Assembly: GCA_965215315.1 (NCBI GenBank)
Contig: CBDCDB010000008.1
Location: 441,515-505,514 of the forward strand
Reading direction: 5' to 3'
Source: Truepera sp.
GTDB taxonomy: Bacteria > Deinococcota > Deinococci > Deinococcales > Trueperaceae
DNA length: 64,000 bases
In this document: positions 27,791 to 37,622 of the stretch, one piece after another
How positions within the stretch are numbered: position 1 is the first letter of the stretch
How the letters are laid out: every line of letters begins with the position of its first letter
Notes under the pieces: model-generated
The model's input: only the letters and a program-made list of their open reading frames with translations
What the model was told of the DNA's origin: nothing
Database searches by the model: none
Translations under genes and position numbers: made by a program

Positions 27791-29128
27791 ATGACGCTCC
27801 GCGCCCGCCTCAGTTTGCTCGTGACGCTTGCGCTGTTTGTAGGACTTTCGCTGTTCGGGACGCTCGCTTACGCGTCTTTCTGGCGGCAGCAGCGCGTTCA
27901 GCTCAACGAACTGCTGCTCCGCGACCTCACGCGGGTGCAGACGCTCGTGCAGGCGGGGTCACAGGGTATCGGCGCGCAGCTGACCTCCTCGAGCGGCGAC
28001 TTCAGTTTGCAGTTCGTCGCTAAAGCGGGCGTCGTCGCTATTCCGCAGGGGGAAGAGCCGTTACCAGAAAGCGTCCGCCCACAACTTTTGGAGCGTAGCG
28101 GACGGACACTCCTGTACGCCTCGAAACCCTGGCTGTTACCAAGACCGGGTGATCCGGGCGATTTTACTGAGGCTGGTACCTTGCGCCTCGCTCTCGACGT
28201 AACCGCTGACCTGCGTGAACGGCAGGCGCTTTTACGCAGCTTGCTGGTCAGCGGCGGGGTCATCGCTCTGGCCGTTGCAATTATCAACCTCGTGCTGTTG
28301 CAACGGGCGCTCGCGCCGCTGGGCCGTCTGGCAGCGCAGGCGCGGCAGGTCGATCCGGCGTCGCCTGCTGTGATTCGCTATAAAGGCCCACACGATGAGG
28401 TGGCCTACGTCGCGCAGGCCCTCAACCGGGCGCTGCGCGGGATTCGCAAACGGCAGCAGGCGGAGCGGGCTTCGCTTGCAGAAATTGCCCACGAGCTCGC
28501 TGCGCCGCTGACGCTGGTTGCCGGGCACCTCGAGTCGCTCCACACGCTTCATCCGGGGGACGCGCGGCTCGGCGCGGCGCAGGGGGCCGCCAACGAGCTG
28601 CTCTACACCTCAAAAGACCTGCTGACGCTGGCGCGGGGTGAACTCGAGCGCTCCTTAGACCTCGAGGTTCTAGACCTCTCCCGCGTCGCCGAGCGTATCG
28701 CCCACGAGTATCCGGGCGTGCAGCTTGGAACTCTGGAACACGCCGAGATTGCCGGTAGCCCCGAACGGCTGTCGCAGCTCGTTCGTAATCTGGTGCGTAA
28801 CGCGGTGCAGGCGGCGGGCGCGGACAAGGTCTCGGTAGGGGTTTCGCTGAGCGGGGCGGAGGTCTGCCTCAACGTCGAAGACGGGGGGCCGGGGGTACCG
28901 CCAAACGAACTCGGCCACCTTTTCGAACGCTTTTATACGCGCCGCAAACAGGGCGGTACGGGTTTGGGCTTGAGCGTCGCGCAGCAGATTGCCGAGCAGC
29001 ACGGCGGCAAGATTTCGGTTACGTCCGTCGTCGGGGAAGGCACCCATTTTACCGTTAGTTTGCCGGGTTTGGGGGCGCAGCTCGGTGACGAGGACGAGGT
29101 GGCCGGTACGGATGTGACGACTGTTTAG
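27791..29128 (+). CDS. Sensor histidine kinase (TM, HAMP, HisKA, HATPase_c), partner of the upstream response regulator
   Basis: ..IAHELAAPLT.. (H-box), ..VRNLVRNAVQ.. (N-box), ..GGPGVPPNELGHLFERFY.., ..GGTGLGLSVAQQIAEQHGG... Confidence 0.9.
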   Translation: MTLRARLSLLVTLALFVGLSLFGTLAYASFWRQQRVQLNELLLRDLTRVQTLVQAGSQGIGAQLTSSSGDFSLQFVAKAGVVAIPQGEEPLPESVRPQLLERSGRTLLYASKPWLLPRPGDPGDFTEAGTLRLALDVTADLRERQALLRSLLVSGGVIALAVAIINLVLLQRALAPLGRLAAQARQVDPASPAVIRYKGPHDEVAYVAQALNRALRGIRKRQQAERASLAEIAHELAAPLTLVAGHLESLHTLHPGDARLGAAQGAANELLYTSKDLLTLARGELERSLDLEVLDLSRVAERIAHEYPGVQLGTLEHAEIAGSPERLSQLVRNLVRNAVQAAGADKVSVGVSLSGAEVCLNVEDGGPGVPPNELGHLFERFYTRRKQGGTGLGLSVAQQIAEQHGGKISVTSVVGEGTHFTVSLPGLGAQLGDEDEVAGTDVTTV

Positions 29129-29200
29129 GCTGAATTGGGGCTGTTCAGATAGCTTCAGGCTAAGGGTTTGGCCTTCGATAAGGGCGGCGAATACTTCTAT

Positions 29201-30178
29201 TAACCTCGGGTGCTAGGGGTTAATGGGTAAGGAACCAGGCTAAGTTATGAGCCGCGACTTTACGGCAGACACTGGCTCTGATTGACCAGAACGAGTTGAG
29301 CTGACCGGTTAAGAGATGCCTCGAGCGCAGCAGTGAGGAGAAGACCGATTCGATAGATTTGCGTAACCAGCTTAAAGCAGGTGTCCAGACTTTGGGATGA
29401 AGCTCATTATCCTTGGGCTGAGCATAGACTTGGCAACCACAGGATAGGGCTCTAAGCCCTGAGCACTATGTGCTTGCCCTAGCGTAACCTTTGTCACCGA
29501 TAACCAGCGCTGAGGTGCTGGTGAGCAAGCATCTAGCGACGGTGACATCATGCTCATTTGCTGGTGCGACAGCAAAACGGCAGATGACACCTTGTTGGTT
29601 AGTAACAGCGTGGAGCTTAAAGCCGTAAAACCAGCCCAGTCCACCTCGACCTGAGGTCGCTTCAGTCATCGCTCGGGGACGTTTCCAGCGGACGCCTTTA
29701 CAGCGGACAGGCCCGGTGGAGGCGCAAGCCGAACATGCCGCTTTGTCCAAGACAAATGGGTAGCGGTTTGGAGTCAATGACGTGCAGCGTATCTGACCCG
29801 GCAAATCGCAAAGCAAAGTCAGCAAAGATACGCTCAAGCCGTTTCAATACGCGGTGGTAGCGCGTCCTGTGCGGTAATTCCGGAAAGAGTGCCTTATACT
29901 CGACCTTGACGAAATCAAACCAGTTGCCTACGTGGTCTTGACTCCTTAACTCACCCACCAAAGCAATCGTCATCAGCTCGGCGTAACTGCCTTTTTGATT
30001 GTCCATCACAGGTAAGCTGAAACGACCTACTTCGACCGAACGCTTCAAATAATCATCAACCATCACGTATACCACCGTAAATAACTCACTTAACGTACAC
30101 TGTCCCTGAAAACGGGGTGTACTAGACATACCCCCATTTTCTCTGCTTTATGGCGCTATCCCCTAGCACTCGAGGTTA
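29201..30178 (-). mobile_element. IS982-family-like insertion sequence, about 978 bp, with 19-bp terminal inverted repeats; transposase gene frameshifted
   Basis: Left IR TAACCTCGGGTGCTAGGGG (29201..29219). Right IR at 30160..30178 is its reverse complement in 18 of 19 positions. Encloses three overlapping transposase fragments. Confidence 0.7.
29372..30129 (-). pseudogene. DDE transposase (IS982-like) split into three frames (29698..30129, 29466..29837, 29372..29644)
   Basis: ..DSKPLPICL..; ..GWFYGFKLHAVTNQQGVICRFAVAPANEHDV..IGDKGY.. carries DDE transposase motifs. The frame changes near 29700-29840 and 29470-29640. Confidence 0.65.
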
Positions 30179-30549
30179 TGAGTATGCCCGCATTCCTTAC
30201 TATCCTGCGTGACTAAGTATCTTGCAACTGCTATACCGAACACCAGCGGATCGTTCGGACGCTCCGGGCCGGTCAGAGTGCGCTCGTTTTAGACCCGCGC
30301 GTGCGGCCCTACGCCGCCGTATCAACCAAACCTTTCGTGCTCGATATGCCGCAGGTCGAAGGCACCACCGACGATAACATCAGCTCGTCGTAACAAGGGC
30401 GCGCTGATTGCCCAAGTTGAAGATATCTACCGACTCGTCGAACGGGGCGGTTTCGAGGTGTTTTGTACGCGGTTGGGTAAGCTTTTTGAGAGCCCGATTA
30501 AAGACGAGATGTTGGGGATTTCGGCTCGAGACTTCAACCGTTTTCTGGT

Positions 30550-30686
30550 CGAGCGAGCAGCATTTCCGGAAGACGATAAGGTTAGCGTTTGCATAAGAGA
30601 TTGGCACCAGTTTCATCCCGGAGCGTGCGTGCTAGACTGGAAAAATCTCACATAGAGCGTTTTCGACCAGATGATACCTGCTAGGT
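30550..30686 (-). repeat. Small dispersed repeat (SRE/MITE-like), copy C
   Basis: Reverse complement reads CCTAGCAGGTATCATCTGGTCGAAAACGCTCTATGTGAGATTTTTCCAGTCTAGCACGCACGCTCCGGGATGAAACTGG.., near-identical to copy D. It ends 13 bp upstream of the ORF at 30700. Confidence 0.8.
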
Positions 30687-30699
30687 AGACGAAGAGCGC

Positions 30700-31230
30700 T
30701 TGACGGACAGATTGGCCGATCTAAAAAAAGCAGACTCGAGCCCTGAACTGCTCTCGAAAATCGCCAGCATCGCCGAACTCGACGTGTCGCGGTTTACCCT
30801 CCACGAAACTGAGCGCCCACGTCGGCGAGCACTCTTAAACCGGTTGCAAGACCTGGCGAGCAGTTACGGCATTACGCTCCTAGACCATCTGCCGCAGGGC
30901 AACCTTACCAGCGACGACGACTTGCGGACGCTGGCGGTCGGGCTCGTCTCGTCGATTACGCGGGTACGGCAGGCTACCGAAACGCTCAAAGATATTTCCG
31001 AAGAGATTGCCGTGAAAGTTGCCGATGTGAGCTTGGGCGTGCTGGAGGTCGAGCGGATTATCCGGGAGATCGACGCCATCAAAGGCTCGCTGCAAGACCG
31101 GGCGACCGAGACCCAGATTATCCAGGCGCGGCAGGCTGCTACCGATACCATCGTCAGCAGCTACCTCATCCCGGCACTCTCACAAGTTCCGACCCTAAAA
31201 GAGCAGGCAAGGGTGCGGAGCCGGGTTTAG
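30700..31230 (+). CDS. Hypothetical alpha-helical protein (176 aa, TTG start). First segment of a frame-broken ORF chain running to 32991
   Basis: ORF MTDRLADLKKADSSPELLSKIASIAELDV.. The following stop-free segments 31229..31402, 31403..31490 and 31492..31672 lie in alternating frames without good starts. Confidence 0.35.
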   Translation: MTDRLADLKKADSSPELLSKIASIAELDVSRFTLHETERPRRRALLNRLQDLASSYGITLLDHLPQGNLTSDDDLRTLAVGLVSSITRVRQATETLKDISEEIAVKVADVSLGVLEVERIIREIDAIKGSLQDRATETQIIQARQAATDTIVSSYLIPALSQVPTLKEQARVRSRV

Positions 31231-31666
31231 AGACCTATATTCAGAAGCAGGGGGAACTGCTCACGCGCTTAGAGCAGCAGCTCAGCAACCTGCCCCGTGT
31301 CCGCCGCGTCGTCACCGACCAGACCGCAGTAGAGGATGTAGTGATGCAGGGCGACCTGTTAGGGGCGCTGCTTCAAGAGAGTGACGTCGCCGCTGTGTTG
31401 TAGGAGTACAAACGGCGCGGTCTGGCGCGGCTGGAGGGGGACAGTCAAGAGGCGTTAGAGGCGTATAAGCTTCACGTCGACACGCTGATGTGAGATTTAG
31501 GCAGGGCGTTAGAAGAGGTGCCGACCGGTTCAGGCACGCGGGTCGAGTACACGCCCGAGTCGGTGAAGCGCAAAGTTGAAGAGATTACGGCGAAAACGAG
31601 CCTATCCGGAACACTCGAACCCCAATCTGAAACACGACTTGAACGTACCCGCAAGGAGGCCAGCTT

Positions 31667-32991
31667 ATGAGTTTTAGAGACGTAGGTCAGCGTTTGGGGG
31701 AGCAGGCCAAAGGTGGGCTCGAGGAAATCCTGGACAGCGGCTCCCGCGAGGTCGAAGCGGCGGTCGGCAGCCACCTCGACCAGATGCTCGGCTCGGTGAA
31801 ACGCAACGTCCAAGAGGGCGACCTCAGCCGCTTCAGGTCCGTTGATGAAGAGCGCATCCTGAGTTTCGTTCCCGACAAACGCCGACCTTCAGGGTTGGGT
31901 CTCTTTACGCTGGGGTTTCTGCTGCTGGTTTTGCTTCCGGGCTGGCTCAAGGTTTTAGCCGCGCCCGCTTTGCTCTTGGGCGTCCTCGTGTTTGCCTGGC
32001 GCTATTTGAGCAACGCCCGGGTAGACGTCCCCAACGGTTATACCGGCGTGTTGTGCCGCTACGGAAAGCCCATCGGCGGGCGTCAGGCGCGTACCGGACG
32101 CAATTGGCTCTACCGCTTCGACACCTTTATCCCCTTTCTGGTCTCGCAACGCGACCAGGTGGTGGAATTCGAGGACGCCAACTTTACCGCCGACTACGCC
32201 AGCATTTCGCTCTCTCAGCAACTCGCCTTTCGCGTGACCGAACCCGCGGTGTTCGTCGAACGGAGCAGCCCTGGCAACATCAGGAAAATCCTGAGCCTGT
32301 ACGCGGGCTATTTGAACCTGCGGATTATCGATTGAGGACGCGCGGGTCAAGTTCAGCGGGCGCGACCCGCATCGGCAACATCATCGGAGCCCTGAACGAC
32401 AACCTCAAAGAAACTTACGGTACCGAAATCGTTCGCGGCAGTATGCCCTCGGCAAATAACGACATCTTGCTCGATTTGGAGGCCATCCGGACACTTCTGA
32501 AAGAGATCGAAGCGATGACCGAAACGCAGCAGGTCAGGGTTGAGGCCGCCGTCAAGCAGGTCGAGTCGCAGCTCCGGACACGCCGTAAAGAGACGCGCAG
32601 CCGCGCTTTTGACCTGCAACAGGCCAAAGTCCGGTTAGATACGAGCGTCGCCGAGCAAGTCGGGGCCGCCAAACAGACGAGTCTGGTACGGGCGTGGCAA
32701 GAACTCGAGGCCACCGCTTCAGAAATGCGCCGTGAACTGGCAACATTGGCAGCCAGAGAGCAGAAAAACCGGGGCTTGCAGGATTCGGTCGAGGGGTTGG
32801 AACTCGAGTTTCGTTTACGGCTCGCCGAGCTTAAAGAGCGTTACGCGCGTCAGCTTTTACCCGAACAGGTCGAAGTCCTCGCCGTAAGGGGGTTGGGGCC
32901 GGGGCTGAGTTTGGGCCGTGCGCTAAACGAGGCGGGCAGGTTGCTTAAGGCGCTGCCGGAGGGGGAAGACAAGGACGACTTGGTGAGTTGA
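31667..32991 (+). pseudogene. SPFH/band-7 (stomatin/flotillin-like) protein gene interrupted by a frameshift near 32320-32335
   Basis: Frame 2 (31667..32335) gives TM helix + ..GYTGVLCRYGKPIG..VVEFEDANFTADYASISLSQQLAFRVTEP.. Frame 1 (32320..32991) gives ..TRIGNIIGALNDNLKETYGTEIVRGSM.. plus a coiled-coil tail, contiguous with a one-frame shift. Confidence 0.6.
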
Positions 32992-33019
32992 GAAGTGGCT
33001 CAAGTTGATAAGATAAAGC

Positions 33020-34033
33020 ATGAACTTAGCTCAGTTTGAACGCTACCCACTGATGTTTGGCCTAGCGCCGATTGAAAAATTGTCCCGACTCTCAGAGCAG
33101 CTGGGCGGCAAGGTCGAGCTGTACGCCAAACGCGAAGACTGTAACAGCGGCTTAGCCTTCGGCGGAAACAAGGAAGCTCGAGTACCTCATCCCCGACGCG
33201 CTGGCGCAGGGTTGCGACACGCTCGTGACGATTACGATTGGCGGTGTGCAGTCCAATCACACCCGGCAGACGGCAGCGGTGGCCGCAAAACTCGGCTTGA
33301 AGTGCCGGTTGGTGCAGGAGAGCTGGGTACCGTTTAACGACGCCGTGTACGACCGCGTGGGCGATATCCTGATGTCACGGGTGCTGGGCACGGAAATTGA
33401 AATGGTCGATGAGGGCTTCGACATCGGGCTGCGGGAAAGTTGGGAGAACGCGCTCGAAGATGTTCGGGCCAAAGGTGGTAAGCCCTATCCAATTCCAGCA
33501 GGGGCGTCGGATCATCCGCTCGGCGGTCTGGGCTTTGTCGGTTTTGCCGAAGAAGTCCGGCAGCAAGAAATATGGGGTTCACCTTCGATTATATTGTTGT
33601 CTGCACCGTCACAGGCTCGACGCACGCGGGGATGGTCGTCGGGTTTGCAGCGGACGGACGGGCGCGTCAGGTTATCGGCATCGACGCTTCGGCAACCCCG
33701 GAGCAGACGCACGCGCAAGTTTTGCGGATTGCTCAAAGCACCGCCGAGAAAGTCGAGTTGGGTCAAGAGATCACCGCAGACAATGTAGTTCTTAAAACCA
33801 AGTACGCGTATCCGACCTACGGCGTCCCTTCAGGCGAGACCAACGAGGCGATTCGGCTGTGTGCCCGCACCGAAGGCATGATGACCGACCCGGTGTACGA
33901 AGGTAAATCTATGCAGGGGATGATCGACCTGACCCGGAAGGGCTTTTTCCCGGCGGGCTCGAGGGTACTCTACGCCCATCTCGGCGGGGTGCCTGCGATC
34001 AACGCGTACAGCTACCTCTACCGAAACGGCTGA
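33020..34033 (+). pseudogene. acdS: 1-aminocyclopropane-1-carboxylate deaminase / D-cysteine desulfhydrase family (PLP) gene with two frameshifts
   Basis: 33020..33337 reads ..[17 protein letters not shown] (frame 2). 33225..33788 reads [53 protein letters not shown].. (frame 3). 33572..34033 reads [38 protein letters not shown].. (frame 2). Breaks near 33172 and 33570. Confidence 0.8.
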
Positions 34034-34153
34034 CCAGAAGTTTTCCCATGTATTTTTTCAGCCAGCTACGAAAACATCAAAAGCGGCGCATGTCTCGGTG
34101 CTTAAAGGCGAGGGCGCTTTGAAAGACTACGATAACCCTATGAAACGAACTAC

Positions 34154-35953
34154 ATGAAAAGACCTCGAGCAGAGGTTTGGCAAGAGGCGAAAAGCCTGCT
34201 CTGGCGTTACCGCAGGGGTTTGGGTATCGGTTTCGTCCTGATGATCGTCAACCGTTTGATGGGTTTTGTTTTGCCCGGCAGCTCAAAGTTTTTGATCGAC
34301 AACGTGATCGGCAAAGACCAAGCCGGGTTGCTGGTACCGCTGGTCATCGCCGTAGGAGCCGCGACCCTCGTTCAGGCCGTAACGACCTACGCCCTCTCAC
34401 AGGTCGTCAGCATCGCGGCGCAAGGGGCCATTATGGAGATGCGCCGCCGCGTGCAGGAGCGCGTAACAAGACTGCCGATTCGTTTTTTCGACGGAACGCA
34501 GACGGGCGTGTTGATATCGCGCATCATGACCGACGCGGAGGGCATCCGTAACCTTATCGGGACGGGCATTATTCAGCTCGTCGGCGGCGTCCTGACGGCG
34601 CTGCTGGCGCTCGGGGTGCTTTTTTATCTCAACTGGGGGCTGACGGTCGCCATTTTGGTCTTTTTGCTGCTTTTCGGCGGGGCGATGGCACTGGCCTTTT
34701 CAAAACTACGGCCAATATTTCGCGAACGCGGCGAAATCAATGCACAAGTTACGGGGCGGCTGGCTGAAACGCTCGGTGGGATTCGCGTGATCAAGGCGTA
34801 CCGGATGGAAGAAAAAGAGCAGCGAGTATTCGGCGAAGGGGTCGAGCGGCTTTTCGCCAACGTCAAACGCTCGATCACCGGCACTTCGGCGATTACGGCG
34901 TTTGCAACCGTGATTATCGGCGCGGTCGGCGGGCTGATGATTTTGTTCGGCGGACGGGCCATCCTTTCGGGTTCGATGACCCTCGGCGACCTGATCATGT
35001 ACGTCGCCTTCGTGACCGTTTTGGCGGCTCCCGTCATTCAGATCGCTTCCATCGGGACGCAGGTCAGCGAGGCGTTTGCAGGCTTAGACCGTATCCGCGA
35101 ACTCATGGCGCTGACGACTGAAGACGACGAAGACGAGGCTCGAGCCCCCTTGGGACGTGTAGACGGCGAGGTCGTCCTAAACAACGTAAGTTTTGCTTAC
35201 GAACCGGAGACACCGGTGCTAAAAGGGGTTTCACTCCGCGCGCGCGCCGGAACTACAACCGCTTTAGTCGGGTCTTCAGGTTCAGGCAAAAGCACGCTGG
35301 TCGGCCTCATCATGGCGTTTCACCGGCCCGACGCAGGAAGCGTCACGGTAGACGGACAAGACCTGCAAGAGGTCAAGTTGGGCGACTACCGCCAGCAACT
35401 CGGGGTCGTGCTGCAAGAGAATTTCTTGTTCGACGGCACAGTCGCCGACAACATCCGCTTCGCCCGCCCGGACGCAACCGCAGGGGAGGTCGAAACGGCG
35501 AGCCGACTCGCCAACGCCGACGGCTTTATCCGGGGGTTTCTAGACGGTTACGACACCGTAGTCGGAGAGCGCGGCATCAAACTTTCCGGCGGACAGCGGC
35601 AACGCATTGCGATTGCACGGGCCCTCTTAGCCGACCCGCGTATCCTCATTTTGGACGAAGCGACGAGCAGTCTGGACAGCGAGAGCGAAGGGCTGATTCA
35701 GGAAGGTTTAGCGCAACTTCAGCGGGGCCGCACCTCGTTTGTCATTGCCCACCGGCTCTCAACGATTCGCAGCGCCGACCAGATTTTAGTTTTAGAAGCG
35801 GGTGAAATTATCGAACGGGGAACGCACGTACAGCTCTTGAAAAAGGGTGGGCGCTACCGCGAACTGCACGACCGACAGTACGCGTGGGAAGAAAATGCCT
35901 TTACCAATCCCGGCGAAGATTATCTGAGCAGCACACCGGACGCCATGCGTTAA
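34154..35953 (+). CDS. ABC transporter ATP-binding/permease fusion (MsbA/MdlB-type exporter)
   Basis: Six-TM N-terminal domain; Walker A GSSGSGKST, signature LSGGQRQRIAIARAL, Walker B ILILDEATS. Confidence 0.9.
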   Translation: MKRPRAEVWQEAKSLLWRYRRGLGIGFVLMIVNRLMGFVLPGSSKFLIDNVIGKDQAGLLVPLVIAVGAATLVQAVTTYALSQVVSIAAQGAIMEMRRRVQERVTRLPIRFFDGTQTGVLISRIMTDAEGIRNLIGTGIIQLVGGVLTALLALGVLFYLNWGLTVAILVFLLLFGGAMALAFSKLRPIFRERGEINAQVTGRLAETLGGIRVIKAYRMEEKEQRVFGEGVERLFANVKRSITGTSAITAFATVIIGAVGGLMILFGGRAILSGSMTLGDLIMYVAFVTVLAAPVIQIASIGTQVSEAFAGLDRIRELMALTTEDDEDEARAPLGRVDGEVVLNNVSFAYEPETPVLKGVSLRARAGTTTALVGSSGSGKSTLVGLIMAFHRPDAGSVTVDGQDLQEVKLGDYRQQLGVVLQENFLFDGTVADNIRFARPDATAGEVETASRLANADGFIRGFLDGYDTVVGERGIKLSGGQRQRIAIARALLADPRILILDEATSSLDSESEGLIQEGLAQLQRGRTSFVIAHRLSTIRSADQILVLEAGEIIERGTHVQLLKKGGRYRELHDRQYAWEENAFTNPGEDYLSSTPDAMR

Positions 35954-36046
35954 GAGGATCAGTCAGTGTGGCTTCGCTCTACAGCCAAAGTCCAGCCGAA
36001 AGGGTTTACTATGGGTTGCTGAGTTTTATGTCAGCTTAGGAGACCT

Positions 36047-36802
36047 TTGAAACGCTCTGCTCTCATTCTCATGATGTTGCTACTACCTACAAGTTCGCTT
36101 GCCGCCGCTCAGACCCTGACGGTGTTTGCGGCCTCGAGCCTCACCGAGTCGTTTGAAGAGATGGCGACTGTGTTCGAGGCGCAGCATGATGTCGTCAAGG
36201 TGCAACTCAGCTTCGACGGGTCTTCGACGCTCGCTACTCAGATCACCCAGGGCGCACCCGCCGACGTCTTCGCCAGCGCTGACGAAGCTCAGCTGCAGGT
36301 TGTGGTGGACGCCGGTCTCGCCGTCAACACGCCCGAGCGTTTTGCCACGAACCGTTTGGTCGTGATCACCACCTTAGACGGCCCCGTAAAGGGGCTCGAG
36401 AACCTCGCTGAACCGGGCATTTTACTCGTCCTCGCGGCTCCGGAGGTTCCGGTCGGCAGCTACGCCCGCGAAGCGCTGGGGAAGATGAACCGCGTTTACG
36501 GCACGAACTTTTCGGAACGCGTGCTGAACAACCTCGTTTCGGAAGAGTCGAACGTGCGGCAGGTCGCCCTCAAGGTCGAACTCGGTGAGGCGGACGCCGC
36601 GATCGTTTACAAAACCGATGCGGCGGTCGCAGAAAACGTCAAGACAATCCCTATCCCAGATGACCTGAACGTGTTGGGCCACTACCCGGTGGTAGCGTTG
36701 ACAGAGAGCGATGAGCCCGACCTTGCCCAAGCGTTCATGAAGCTGGTGCGTTCAGAGGAAGGCCAAGCTGTCCTGAAAAAACACGGCTTCGGTGCGCCTT
36801 GA
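36047..36802 (+). CDS. modA: Molybdate ABC transporter substrate-binding protein
   Basis: Signal peptide then ..TLTVFAASSLTESFEEMATVFE..GAPADVFASAD.. is the ModA signature. No modB/modC follows (orphan). Confidence 0.85.
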   Translation: MKRSALILMMLLLPTSSLAAAQTLTVFAASSLTESFEEMATVFEAQHDVVKVQLSFDGSSTLATQITQGAPADVFASADEAQLQVVVDAGLAVNTPERFATNRLVVITTLDGPVKGLENLAEPGILLVLAAPEVPVGSYAREALGKMNRVYGTNFSERVLNNLVSEESNVRQVALKVELGEADAAIVYKTDAAVAENVKTIPIPDDLNVLGHYPVVALTESDEPDLAQAFMKLVRSEEGQAVLKKHGFGAP

Positions 36803-36969
36803 TCCGACTCGCTGGTAAGGTCTGCAGGTGTACTCGGGCTCCGCCAACTTCGCAAGACACTTCAGCGCATAGTTTCACCCAAACGTGTACAAACCCCCAA
36901 TTTTAGCCTGCGCTCTAGTGTTGTTTTGAGGGTAATGCTATCTTAGATGCTGAAAAAAGGAGGCTCAAC

Positions 36970-37446
36970 ATGTTTGACAAACTTAATGATTTTTTCGGTC
37001 AAGACAACAGCCGTCAGGACGACTACCGCGACTTCGATCGTCGCTTACGCGAAGACCCAAACTCGATTTCGGACGAAGAGGCGGCGCGGCGTTACCGCGA
37101 AATGGCGCAGCACCAGGGCGATCAGGACGATCCTGAGATGGACGCCGAGTACGAAAACGCCTTTAGCAAACTGTCCCCGCAAGAGCGCCGCACCCTCGCC
37201 GAGCACTACCAAAAGGCGAACAACGATAGCAGCCGCAGCTTTCAGGGCTACAACGACGGTCAAGACTTGGAGCAAGCGTCCAACCCCCGTGAGTTAGGCC
37301 GAATGACGCGTAAAGCGTCGCAGCAAGACCCCGACCTGCTGACGAGCTTGCTCGGCTCGAACAGCCCGCTTAACAGTACAGGCGGCAAAATGGCGATGGC
37401 TGGACTGGCCGCGTTCGCCGCGAAGAAGTTTCTCGGCAAGCGTTAA
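36970..37446 (+). CDS. Hydrophilic, low-complexity (Asp/Glu/Gln/Arg-rich) protein with a C-terminal amphipathic/hydrophobic segment; hydrophilin/stress-protein-like
   Basis: RBS AAAAAGGAGG. MFDKLNDFFGQDNSRQDDYRDFDRRLREDPNS.. with C-terminal ..GGKMAMAGLAAFAAKKFLGKR. Confidence 0.6.
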   Translation: MFDKLNDFFGQDNSRQDDYRDFDRRLREDPNSISDEEAARRYREMAQHQGDQDDPEMDAEYENAFSKLSPQERRTLAEHYQKANNDSSRSFQGYNDGQDLEQASNPRELGRMTRKASQQDPDLLTSLLGSNSPLNSTGGKMAMAGLAAFAAKKFLGKR

Positions 37447-37499
37447 GCTTCGTCAAATTGCAACGACGCGTCGGCTTTGGTCGGCGCGTTTCTTAGGTT

Positions 37500-37608
37500 T
37501 CTTAGCAGGTATCATCTGGTCGGGAACGCTCTCTGTAAGAATTTTGCAGTCTGGCACGCACGTTCTGGAACGATGCCTGTATCGACCTTGCATGCAAATG
37601 CTACTCAA
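37500..37608 (+). repeat. Small dispersed repeat (SRE/MITE-like), copy D
   Basis: CTTAGCAGGTATCATCTGGTCGGGAACGCTCTCTGTAAGAATTTTGCAGTCTGGCACGCACGTTCTGGAACGATGCC.. ends 15 bp before the ATG of the 37623 gene. Confidence 0.8.
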
Positions 37609-37622
37609 CGTGTTAAGCGCAG

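Noticed and set aside
30380-30655. Three overlapping small ORFs (both strands) of 62-78 aa
   Set aside because: They lie over repeat copy C and adjacent gene-remnant DNA and lack an RBS, so they are probably spurious.
33150-33600. acdS frame changes as programmed frameshifting or a split two-gene arrangement
   Set aside because: The lesions are small indels inside conserved motifs (GGNK-KLEY, EEVRQQE-GFTFDY) with no slippery sequence, so pseudogenisation or sequencing error is more parsimonious.
37462-37496. Putative terminator hairpin after the hydrophilin gene
   Set aside because: It contains a perfect palindrome CGACGCGTCG, but the longer stem does not pair cleanly and there is no T tract. 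The repeat element follows immediately.
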